Part shown: positions 13,950 through 25,304 of the stretch, in pieces
Numbering within the stretch: the stretch's first letter is position 1
Layout: each line of letters begins with the position of its first letter
Origin: Mytilus trossulus
Taxonomy: Eukaryota
Reading direction: 5' to 3'
Assembly: GCF_036588685.1 (NCBI RefSeq)
Contig: NC_086377.1
Coordinates: forward strand, 80,414,001-80,478,000
DNA: 64,000 nt
Position numbers and translations under genes: made by a program
The notes under the pieces: generated by a model
What the model was told of the DNA's origin: nothing
Database searches by the model: none
The model's input: only the letters and a program-made list of their open reading frames with translations

Positions 13950-14816
13950 TGTCGTAATTTCTACTTCTTGCTATGTTTTGATATAGTTATAAAGCCAGCA
14001 AATACGAATACTCATAAAACTAGTAAATACACGGGATAATAAATAAATACGGACGTCAAAACTGTTGTCTGTTCTCTCTCGGCATCATTGGTAGCGTGAA
14101 TAAATGATCAATAGTAAAAATGATACTTTTATTAAACAGCCGATGTGTTTCCATACAAGTACAATATTCCAACAATAATATATAATAAACATACGGGACG
14201 AAACTACTAAAATAATAATCTTTCTCATGTATTTTCGTACGGGTCAACTGGGATTATCTATATACACATTTCAAAGACAATATAAATAAAATGCAAGGCA
14301 TACAGCTAATGCGCTGCTTCTTACCTCTAGGACCCCCCGGGATGAGCCTTGCTGCAAGCCAAACGTAAACACAGCAAAGACTAACTAACGTGACGTTGCA
14401 CTGGTATTTATTTCAAAATACCGGAAGTAAATCTTCTAAGCAGGAAGAAAAACATAACGTAAAACGCTTACATAAAATATAGTAGTCCTCGACTCAAAAT
14501 GCTTATAATAATACAATCTTATGAATAATCAAATCTAGACATATTAATTCTTCCAGTTAAGAGCTCGCAAATGAACACTTTTGGGTTCACGCTTAAAATA
14601 TTGACCCAACGGTAACGTTCTGAACAATACATGACAAAGTTGCGCCATATACGACGTTATCGATATAACTAATAACATAAAGTAAAACGTACGTTAATTA
14701 CTCATTCGATATACTAAACACTAGAAATAACTTCTGTCAACTTATGTAAACTCTCTTATTATAATAGATAACAATATTCTTTTACTTGGAAATGACCAAA
14801 ACACACATTTACAACA
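13950..14816 (-). repeat. 3' LTR (867 bp)
   Basis: TG...CA termini; identical by eye to 18141-19007 (the ORF track gives identical 63-aa ORFs at 14056 and 18247); minus-strand AATAAA near 14128. Confidence 0.95.
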
Positions 14817-14830
14817 CTGCCCCTCCCCCA
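14817..14830 (-). other. Polypurine tract (PPT)
   Basis: Minus strand reads TGGGGGAGGGGCAG immediately before the 3' LTR, preceded by the TTCGAGGACGAA motif often seen before Gypsy PPTs. Confidence 0.85.
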
Positions 14831-16001
14831 GAATACATTTCGTCCTCGAAATATGGGCTTGGCAATTCTGACAATACGTCTAAAAATTCTTTTCACAATA
14901 TTTCTATGTACATATTACTCTATCATACAAATAAAACAATTTTTACTTATCTCCAATTTGTTAAAAACAAACAAATATTTAAGCTATCTTTAAACTTAAA
15001 CAAAAATCAACAAACTACTGCGCCTGTTAATGTCCTAACAAAAACAATATCTGCGATAACAAACTAATGCGCCTGTTAATACTTAAACGGCAAAACAAGT
15101 TTATAACTATAAGTTTCTTCCACATATAAATATCTTCTTTTATACTTATATAACAGTAAAGTGTCACGAAAACACCTAGTTCTATTTTTTATACACTCAG
15201 TTACAGCACTAATATACAGTTACTACATTAAAAGTTCATTCCAAAATTCTTCATTCTATCAGACGCTGGAATTAAAAACATCATGAAGCTCAACTCCATA
15301 TAAACACCCGACTAACCATAAGCCGACAGATGTCCTACCAAGTACTATACCGCCGTCAAGGGTACCACCGTGTATAAATATATACACAACCACGATACCG
15401 ATCCACCATACAAACATAAGTAGAAAAATTAGTACAAGGTACAACTAATAAAAAAAATGGTCATCAGTATTCCCCTATAAATATCTAAAAATGGTGTAGA
15501 CTATAGCTCAGCATACCCATGGTGTCACCTAAATGTATATTGCAATCTAGACTAACCATTAGCCTTAACTTATTCTCGCACCAAAACAAAAATGGCACCT
15601 AAAGTATCCCAACTGCCAATATACACCCACCGAAAGCAGCTTCCCACCAAAATAGTATTAAACAATCTTTTTTTACTGCAACAACAGCAACAATTCAATA
15701 GGATCATCAAATTCCAGATTCTGATAAAAAATCACCTGTTTACTGAAAATCTCAAAAACAATTTCAATACCACAATATACTTTCAAAAATCTAAAATACC
15801 GTATACTCTACATATTTGTGCTTAATGTACTCAGTGTATAAACTAATATTACAATTCTTCTCAATAAACCAATAAATCACTTTTTACATCAATGACAAAA
15901 AACATCACACAAGTTTCATATCTACATTATAAAAAATCCGAATCTACACAAAAACATATTCTCATATTTGTCCAGTAGGCTTATCTGCTATATAGTCCTA
16001 A

Positions 16002-17531
16002 CTATTTCTGATAACCCTGGCTTATAAATCCAAACTGCGGGTTCCCTCCGAAACTATTCATATTTTCTGGTTTCCCTCTTTTTCCTCTTGAGAAAGGACA
16101 ATCTCTACTGTAATGTCCCTCTTGGTGGCATGAGTAACATGTATTTACTCTGTTACTGTTGTTGGTATTAAATTGGTCTTTCTTCCTAACATTATGTCTA
16201 TTTAATGGACCAAAATTTTCTCTTTCTTGCTTCTCAGTTTTAAACAGATCTTTTATCTCATTTAAATCCTGCTTTATGTCTTCAACATCCATTTTTAACT
16301 CCTTTTTCAAATTGTCTAAGCCCATTTTAAATTCTGCATGAGTGACAAATTGGGTTGGATTCTCCCTCCTACATACCTCGAAGTCTTCTGTTTTCTCTTG
16401 TGTTATACAGTTTGCACCAGTATTTACGTGTCTGACATTAAAGTTTGTATTTATATTTTCTCTACAACACTTGTGCCATGTGACTATATTAATTGCATCC
16501 TGCAATGTTGCTGGCTTCTGTATGAGGATCTCATAAGCTAGTGACTGGTCTGGCAGACCCTTAATAAAGTGTTCTGTTTTGAAACGGTTCAGTAAACCCA
16601 AGTCATTTACATCAGGGTATGCTTTACCTACAAGTCTCTCCACACGAGATGCATATTCGTGTATGCTTTCTTTGTGGTCCTGTTTAATAAACTGCAAGTT
16701 GGTCCTATAAGTTTCAGGTAAAATATGATCCCCAAATCTCTGTGACATAGCCTCGTGTATATATTCTATGTCTCTGTGCAAAGAAACAGGAAGTTCGTTT
16801 ACGTATACCAAGGCTTCATCTCTAAGACTATTTAAAATTAGCTCCTCTACTTGTCTGTCACTGGACCAATTGAACCTACTACTCAATAAACTAAACTGTG
16901 TCCAGAAGGCCTTGCAATCTCCCTTACCATTAAATATTGGGCTTCTAGGTTTTGGTTCTTCCCTTTGTAGTTGCTGAACATGACTACTTTCTCTTAAATG
17001 ATGTGTACTAACTGGACGTGGTATATAAGTGTTTTCAGTACTTGGACCAGCTTCTAACTGTTGGGTCACTGATACCTGGTTATTTTGTTCAGTTGTGGTC
17101 ATGCTATTTTGACTGAAATTCTGCGTATTGGTATTATTTTTAGCAACATGGCTACCCCTTATAATTACTAACTGAGCTATATTTTCCTGATTTAGCTTAA
17201 CTTGCGTGCTCATCTCAGAAACTTGCGTGCTCATCTCAGAAACTTTCGTCTTGAGTTCAGAAAATCTATCATTTTGATTTTTTAATTGTCTCTGAATGTC
17301 CGTTAGAATAGCAATAATATTGTTATCATTCATATTCGTCCTAGTGTTCTGCACAGGCGATTTTATTGGGCTTACTACGGGGCTGGAGGTAGATAAATTA
17401 ACATCATCTTCTATATCCAAATCTATCAAATTACAGGGCTCATCAGGTCCGCATTGTGAAATAATTATATTCTTCATACTTTCCCCCCTTTCAAAATTTG
17501 GAGCTGGGATTTTTCTATTCCTAAGATCCAT
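16002..17531 (-). CDS. gag: Retrotransposon Gag protein (509 aa from ATG MDLRNRK)
   Basis: Capsid-type motifs PIFNGKGD..AFWTQF, SLRDEAL, SQRFG, QDHKESIHEYASRVERL..KAYP, FIKGL and PATLQDAI; CCHC zinc knuckle CYSCHQEGHYSRDC; uninterrupted frame. Confidence 0.93.
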   Translation of the reverse strand: MDLRNRKIPAPNFERGESMKNIIISQCGPDEPCNLIDLDIEDDVNLSTSSPVVSPIKSPVQNTRTNMNDNNIIAILTDIQRQLKNQNDRFSELKTKVSEMSTQVSEMSTQVKLNQENIAQLVIIRGSHVAKNNTNTQNFSQNSMTTTEQNNQVSVTQQLEAGPSTENTYIPRPVSTHHLRESSHVQQLQREEPKPRSPIFNGKGDCKAFWTQFSLLSSRFNWSSDRQVEELILNSLRDEALVYVNELPVSLHRDIEYIHEAMSQRFGDHILPETYRTNLQFIKQDHKESIHEYASRVERLVGKAYPDVNDLGLLNRFKTEHFIKGLPDQSLAYEILIQKPATLQDAINIVTWHKCCRENINTNFNVRHVNTGANCITQEKTEDFEVCRRENPTQFVTHAEFKMGLDNLKKELKMDVEDIKQDLNEIKDLFKTEKQERENFGPLNRHNVRKKDQFNTNNSNRVNTCYSCHQEGHYSRDCPFSRGKRGKPENMNSFGGNPQFGFISQGYQK

Positions 17532-17554
17532 GTATAAAACAAACAATAATATGG

Positions 17555-17980
17555 CAATAGAAGCTAACTGCACCTCTATTTTTCTAATAAATAATTATTT
17601 GGAAGCTAAATGCACCTCCGTTATATTTTTTCTTTTTAGGAAGCTAAATGCACCTCCTTAATATATATATATTTTTTTTCTTTATAGGAAGCTAAATGCA
17701 CCTCCTTAATATATTGGGTTTTTTTTCTTTATAGGAAGCTAAATGCACCTCCTTAATATATATATTTTTTTCTTTATAGGAAGCTAAATGCACCTCCTTA
17801 ATATATAATATATTTTTTTCTTTATAGGAAGCTAAATGCACCTCCTTAATATATAATATATTTTTTTCTTTATAGGAAGCTAAATGCACCTCCTTAAAAA
17901 TATTCTCTTTCTTTATAGGAAGCTAGATGCACCTCCTTAATATACTTTTTTTTTTTAAATCAGAAGCTAAATGCACTTCT
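17555..17980. repeat. ~45-bp tandem repeat in the retroelement 5' leader
   Basis: Core (ATAG)GAAGCTAAATGCACCTCCTTAATATA repeated ~10 times with A/T-run spacers. Confidence 0.9.
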
Positions 17981-18126
17981 GTATTTTCCAAAATAAGCTA
18001 TTTATCACAGTATAATATATAGAGCTAAATGCACTCCATACACAATATATATCACTTATTGTGTTCCGTACAAATTAATATTTCTAAAAATAGACGTGCC
18101 AAATTCCTTGAAAACGTGAGAACAAA

Positions 18127-18139
18127 ACCGCTGCCACCA
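18127..18139 (-). other. Primer binding site, tRNA-Leu type
   Basis: Minus strand TGGTGGCAGCGGT one base after the 5' LTR; complementary to ...ACCGCTGCCA+CCA, the 3' end of metazoan tRNA-Leu (AAG/TAG type). Confidence 0.85.
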
Positions 18140-18140
18140 T

Positions 18141-19007
18141 TGTCGTAATTTCTACTTCTTGCTATGTTTTGATATAGTTATAAAGCCAGCAAATACGAAT
18201 ACTCATAAAACTAGTAAATACACGGGATAATAAATAAATACGGACGTCAAAACTGTTGTCTGTTCTCTCTCGGCATCATTGGTAGCGTGAATAAATGATC
18301 AATAGTAAAAATGATACTTTTATTAAACAGCCGATGTGTTTCCATACAAGTACAATATTCCAACAATAATATATAATAAACATACGGGACGAAACTACTA
18401 AAATAATAATCTTTCTCATGTATTTTCGTACGGGTCAACTGGGATTATCTATATACACATTTCAAAGACAATATAAATAAAATGCAAGGCATACAGCTAA
18501 TGCGCTGCTTCTTACCTCTAGGACCCCCCGGGATGAGCCTTGCTGCAAGCCAAACGTAAACACAGCAAAGACTAACTAACGTGACGTTGCACTGGTATTT
18601 ATTTCAAAATACCGGAAGTAAATCTTCTAAGCAGGAAGAAAAACATAACGTAAAACGCTTACATAAAATATAGTAGTCCTCGACTCAAAATGCTTATAAT
18701 AATACAATCTTATGAATAATCAAATCTAGACATATTAATTCTTCCAGTTAAGAGCTCGCAAATGAACACTTTTGGGTTCACGCTTAAAATATTGACCCAA
18801 CGGTAACGTTCTGAACAATACATGACAAAGTTGCGCCATATACGACGTTATCGATATAACTAATAACATAAAGTAAAACGTACGTTAATTACTCATTCGA
18901 TATACTAAACACTAGAAATAACTTCTGTCAACTTATGTAAACTCTCTTATTATAATAGATAACAATATTCTTTTACTTGGAAATGACCAAAACACACATT
19001 TACAACA
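18141..19007 (-). repeat. 5' LTR (867 bp)
   Basis: Direct repeat of 13950-14816 with TG...CA termini. Confidence 0.95.
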
Positions 19008-22000
19008 AACATATACGTCTGTGTCTCGATAACTGGGGGGAAGTGTATTATACACTGTTGTCCGTCTAACATATACGTCTGTGTCTCGATAACTGGGGGG
19101 AAGTGTATTATACACTGTTGTCCGTCTAACATATACGTCTGTGTCTCGATAACTGGGGGAAAGTGTATTATACACTGTTGTCCGTCTAACATATACGTCT
19201 GTGTCTCAATAGCTGGGGGGAAGTGTATTATACACTGTTGTCCGTCTAACATATACGTCTGTGTCTCGATAACTGGGGGGAAGTGTATTATACACTGTTG
19301 TCCGTCTAACATATACGTCTGTGTCTCGATAACTGGGGGGAAGTGTATTATACACTGTTGTCCGTCTAACATATACGTCTGTGTCTCGATAACTGGGGGA
19401 AAGTGTATTATACACTGTTGTCCGTCTAACATATACGTCTGTGTCTCAATAGCTGGGGGGAAGTGTATTATACACTGTTGTCCGTCTAACATATACGTAT
19501 GTGTCTCGATAACTGGGGGGAAGTGTATTATACACTGTTGTCCGTCTAACATATACGTATGTGTCTCAATAGCTGGGGGGAAGTGTATTATACACTGTTG
19601 TCCGTCTAACATATACGTCTGTGTCTCAATAACTGGGGGAAAGTGTATTATACACTGTTGTCCGTCTAACATATACGTCTGTGTCTCAATAGCTGGGGGG
19701 AAGTGTATTATACACTGTTGTCCGTCTAACATATACGTCTGTGTCTCGATAACTGGGGGGAAGTGTATTATACACTGTTGTCCGTCTAACATATACGTAT
19801 GTGTCTCAATAACTGGGGGGAAGTGTATTATACACTGTTGTCCGTCTAACATATACGTCTGTGTCTCGATAGCTGGGGGAAAGTGTATTATACACTGTTG
19901 TCCGTCTAACATATACGTCTGTGTCTCAATAGCTGGGGGGAAGTGTATTATACACTGTTGTCCGTCTAACATATACGTCTGTGTCTCGTTAGCTGGGGGA
20001 AAGTGTATTATAGACTGTTGTCCGTCTAACATATACGTCTGTGTCTCAATAGCTGGGGGAAAGTGTATTATACACTGTTGTCCGTCTAACATATACGTCT
20101 GTGTCTCAATAGCTGGGGGAGGTGTATTAGACAGTGTTGTCCGTCTAACATATACGTCTGTGTCTCGATAACTGGGGGAAGTGTATTATACACTGTTGTC
20201 CGTCTAACATATACGTCTGTGTCTCGATAACTGGGGGAAGTGTATTAGACAGTGTTGTCCGTCTAACATATACGTATGTGTCTCGATAGCTGGGGAAAGT
20301 GTATTATACACTGTTGTCCGTCTAACATATACGTCTGTGTCTCGATAGCTGGGGGAAAGTGTATTATACATTGTTGTCCGTCTAACATATACGTATGTGT
20401 CTCGATAGCTGGGGGAAGTGTATTATACACTGTTGTCCGTCTAACATATACGTCTGTGTATCAATAGCTGGGGGAGGTGTATGAGACAGTGTTGTCCGTC
20501 TAACATATACGTCTGTGTCTCGATAACTGGGGGGAAGTGTATTATACACTGTTGTCCGTCTAACATATACGTCTGTGTCTCGATAACTGGGGGGAAGTGT
20601 ATTATACACTGTTGTCCGTCTAACAACATATACGTCTGTGTCTCGATAACTGGGGGGAAGTGTATTATACACTGTTGTCCGTCTAACATATACGTCTGTG
20701 TCGCAATAGCTGGGGGAGGTGTATTATACACTGTTGTCCGTCTAACATATACGTCTGTGTCTCGATAACTGGGGGAAAGTGTATTATACACTGTTGTCCG
20801 TCTAACATATACGTCTGTGTCTCGATAACTGGGGAGAAGTGTATTATACACTGTTGTCCGTCTAACATATACGTCTGTGTCGCAATAGCTGGGGGAGGTG
20901 TATTATACAGTGTTGTCCGTCTAACATATACGTATGTGTCTCGATAGCTGGGGAAAGTGTATTATACACTGTTGTCCGTCTAACATATACGTCTGTGTCT
21001 CGATAGCTGGGGGAAAGTGTATTATACATTGTTGTCCGTCTAACATATACGTATGTGTCTCGATAGCTGGGGGAAGTGTATTATACACTGTTGTCCGTCT
21101 AACATATACGTCTGTGTATCAATAGCTGGGGGAGGTGTATGAGACAGTGTTGTCCGTCTAACATATACGTCTGTGTCTCGATAACTGGGGGGAAGTGTAT
21201 TATACACTGTTGTCCGTCTAACATATACGTCTGTGTCTCGATAACTGGGGGGAAGTGTATTATACACTGTTGTCCGTCTAACAACATATACGTCTGTGTC
21301 TCGATAACTGGGGGGAAGTGTATTATACACTGTTGTCCGTCTAACATATACGTCTGTGTCGCAATAGCTGGGGGAGGTGTATTATACACTGTTGTCCGTC
21401 TAACATATACGTCTGTGTCTCGATAACTGGGGGAAAGTGTATTATACACTGTTGTCCGTCTAACATATACGTCTGTGTCTCGATAACTGGGGAGAAGTGT
21501 ATTATACACTGTTGTCCGTCTAACATATACGTCTGTGTCTCGATAACTGGGGGAAAGTGTATTATACACTGTTGTCCGTCTAACATATACGTCTGTGTCT
21601 CGATAACTGGGGGGAAGTGTATTATACACTGTTGTCCGTCTAACATATACGTCTGTGTCTCGATAACTGGGGGGAAGTGTATTATACACTGTTGTCCGTC
21701 TAACATATACGTCTGTGTCTCAATAGCTGGGGGAGGTGTATTAGACAGTGTTGTCCGTCTAACATTTACGTCTGTGTCTCGATAACTGGGGGAGGTGTAT
21801 TATACACTGTTGTCCGTCTAACATATACGTCTGTGTCTCGATAACTGGGGGAAAGTGTATTATACACTGTTGTCCGTCTAACATATACGTCTGTGTCTCG
21901 ATAACTGGGGGGAAGTGTATTATACACTGTTGTCTGTCTAACATATACGTCTGTGTCTCGATAACTGGGGGGGAAGTGTATTATACACTGTTGTCCGTCT

Positions 22001-25000
22001 AACATATACGTCTGTGTCTCAATAGCTGGGGGAGGTGTATCAGACAGTGTTGTCCGTCTAACATATACGTCTGTGTCTCGATAACTGGGGGGAAGTGTAT
22101 TATACACTGTTGTCCGTCTAACATATACGTCTGTGTCTCAATAGCTGGATGGAAGTGTATTATACATTGTTGTCCGTCTAACATATACGTCTGTGTCTCG
22201 ATAACTGGGGGGAAGTGTATTATACACTGTTGTCCGTCTAACATATACGTCTGTGTCTCGATAACTGGGGGAAAGTGTATTATAGACTGTTGTCCGTCTA
22301 ACATAAACGTCTGTGTCTCGATAACTGGGGGGAAGTGTATTATACACTGTTGTCCGTCTAACATATACGTCTGTGTCTCGATAACTGGGGGAAAGTGTAT
22401 TAGACACTGTTGTCCGTCTAACATATACGTCTGTGTCTCGATAGCTGGGGGAAGTGTATTATACACTGTTGTCCGTCTAACATATATGTCTGTGTCTCAA
22501 TAGCTGGGGGAAAGTGTATTATACACTGTTGTCCGTCTAACATATACGTCTGTGTCTCAATAGCTGGGGGAGGTGTATTAGACAGTGTTGTCCGTCTAAC
22601 ATATACGTCTGTGTCTCGATAACTGGGGGGAAGTGTATTAGACAGTGTTGTCCGTCTAACATATACGTCTGTGTCTCGATAGCTTGGGGGAAGTGTATTA
22701 TACACTGTTGTCCGTCTAACATATACGTCTGTGTCTCGATAACTGGGGGGAAGTGTATTATAGACTGTTGTCCGTCTAACATATACGTCTGTGTCTCGAT
22801 AACTGGGGGGAAGTGTATTATACACTGTTGTCCGTCTAACATATACGTCTGTGTCTCGATAACTGGGGGGAAGTGTATTATAGACTGTTGTCCGTCTAAC
22901 ATATACGTCTGTGTCTCGATAGCTTGGGGGAAGTGTATTATACACTGTTGTCCGTCTAACATATACGTCTGTGTCTCGATAACTGGGGGAAAGTGTATTA
23001 TACGCTGTTGTCCGTCTAACATATACGTCTGTGTCTCGATAACTGGGGGGAAGTGTATTATACACTGTTGTCCGTCTAACATATACGTCTGTGTCTCAAT
23101 AGCTGGGGGGAAGTGTATTAAACACTGTTGTCCGTCTAACATATACGTCTGTGTCTCGATAACTGGGGGGAAGTGTATTATACACTGTTGTCCGTCTAAC
23201 ATATACGTCTGTGTCTCGATAGCTGGGGGAAAGTGTATTAGACAGTGTTGTCCGTCTAACATATACGTCTGTGTCTCGATAGCTGGGGGAAGTGTATTAT
23301 ACACTGTTGTCCGTCTAACATATACGTCTGTGTCTCAATAGCTGGGGGGAAGTGTATTATACACTGTTGACTTGTCCGTCTAACATTTACGTCTGTGTCT
23401 CAATAGCTGGGGGAGGTGTATTAGACAGTGTTGTCCGTCTAACATATACGTCTGTGTCTCAATAGCTGGGGGGAAGTGTATTATACACTGTTGTCCGTCT
23501 AACATATAAGTCTGTGTCTCAATAGCTGGGGGAGGTGTATTAGAAACTGTTGTCCGTCTAACATATACGTCTGTGTCTCGATAACTGGGGGAAGTGTATT
23601 ATACACTGTTGTCCGTCTAACATATACGTCTGTGTCTCAATAGCTGGGGGAGGTGTATTAGACACTGTTGTCCGTCTAACATATACGTCTGAGTCTCGAT
23701 AACTGGGGAAGTGTATTATACACTGTTGTCCGTCTAACATATACGTCTGTGTCTCGATTACTGGGAGGAAGTGTATTATACACTGTTGTCCGTCTAACAT
23801 ATACGTCTGTGTCTCAATAGCTGGGGGAGGTGTATTAGACATTGTTGTCCGTCTAACATATACGTCTGTGTCTCGATAGCTGGGGGGAAGTGTATTATAC
23901 ACTGTTGTCCGTCTAACATATACGTCTGTGTCTCGATAACTGGGGGGAAGTGTATTATACACTGTTGTCCGTCTAACATATACGTCTGTGTCTCGATAAC
24001 TGGGGGAAAGTGTATTATAGACTGTTGTCCGTCTAACATATACGTCTGTGTCTCGATAACTGGGGGGAAGTGTATTATACACTGTTGTCCGTCTAACATA
24101 TACGTCTGTGTCTCGATAGCTGGGGGGAAGTGTATTATAGACTGTTGTCCGTCTAACATATACGTCTGTGTCTCGATAACTGGGGGGAAGTGTATTATAC
24201 ACTGTTGTCCGTCTAACATATACGTCTGTGTCTCGATAACTGGGGGAAAGTGTATTAGACACTGTTGTCCGTCTAACATATACGTCTGTGTCTCGATAAC
24301 TGGGGGAAAGTGTATTAGACACTGTTGTCCGTCTAACATATACGTCTGTGTCTCGATAGCTGGGGGGAAGTGTATTATACACTGTTGTCCGTCTAACATA
24401 TACGTCTGTGTCTCGATAGCTGGGGGAAAGTGTATTATACGCTGTTGTCCGTCTAACATATACGTCTGTGTCTCGATAGCTGGGGGAAAGTGTATTATAC
24501 ACTGTTGTCCGTCTAACATATACGTCTGTGTCTCGATAGCTGGGGGAAAGTGTATTATACACTGTTGTCCGTCTAACATATACGTCTGTGTCTCGATAGC
24601 TGGGGGAAAGTGTATTATACACTGTTGTCCGTCTAACATATACGTCTGTGTCTCGATAGCTGGGGGAAAGTGTATTATACGCTGTTGTCCGTCTAACATA
24701 TACGTCTGTGTCTCGATAACTGGGGGAAAGTGTATTATACACTGTTGTCCGTCTAACATATACGTCTGTGTCTCGATAGCTGGGGGAAAGTGTATTAGAC
24801 ACTGTTGTCCGTCTAACATATACGTCTGTGTCTCGATAACTGGGGGAAGTGTATTATAGACTGTTGTCCGTCTAACAACATATACGTCTGTGTCTCGTTA
24901 GCTGGGGGAAGTGTATTATAGACTGTTGTCCGTCTAACAACATATACGTCTGTGTCTCGATAACTGGGGGAAGTGTATTATAGACTGTTGTCCGTCTAAC

Positions 25001-25090
25001 AACATATACGTCTGTGTCTCGATAACTGGGGGAAGTGTATTATAGACTGTTGTCCGTCTAACATATACGTCTGTGTCTCGATAACTGGGG
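19008..25090. repeat. 60-bp satellite array, right arm (~100 units)
   Basis: The same 60-bp unit resumes in register (AACATATACGTCTG...) directly after the LTR. Confidence 0.98.
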
Positions 25091-25304
25091 TATGGTTCTA
25101 CATTGTATGTACACCCATTACAAGTTCATTAAACACAGCTATGTTTTTATTTCGATGATTTTTATATTTTTTTTCTAGAGTTACCGGACTTTAACCGTAA
25201 AGATGAGAACACAATTCTTAAAACGACGGATGGACGACGGACACCAAGTGATGACAAAAACTCACATGGCCCTTTTTACCCTCATGAACTAAGGAGCAAA
25301 ATTG

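Larger units (their letters stand above)
13950..19007 (-). mobile_element. Intact gag-only Ty3/Gypsy-type LTR retrotransposon (non-autonomous, TR-GAG-like), 5058 bp
   Basis: Two 867-bp direct repeats (TGTCGT...ACAACA) at offset 4191, a PBS next to the 5' LTR, a PPT next to the 3' LTR, a single gag ORF, no RT/IN ORF, and a near-perfect TSD AACT/AACA inside a satellite unit. Confidence 0.95.

Noticed and set aside
16002-17573. Domesticated Gag host gene (Arc/PEG10-like)
   Set aside because: Flanked by identical LTRs, PBS, PPT and TSD, so it is a recent mobile copy. The ORF-track start at 17573 is a non-ATG codon.
17555-17980. Repeat-spacer (CRISPR-like) look of the leader repeats
   Set aside because: The 'spacers' are homologous A/T runs differing by slippage.
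12308-24819. Long ORFs (MLDGQQCIIHFPPVIETQTY)n and (YNTLPPSYRDTDVYVRRTTV)n
   Set aside because: The 60-bp unit is a multiple of 3; G-run indels shift frame freely and a retroelement interrupts the array, so there is no sign of coding constraint.
391-25090. CRISPR-like array
   Set aside because: Units are contiguous with no unique spacers, there are no cas genes, and the context is eukaryotic.
19008-25090. G-quadruplex-forming satellite
   Set aside because: Only one G5-6 run per 60 bp; loops are too long for canonical intramolecular G4.
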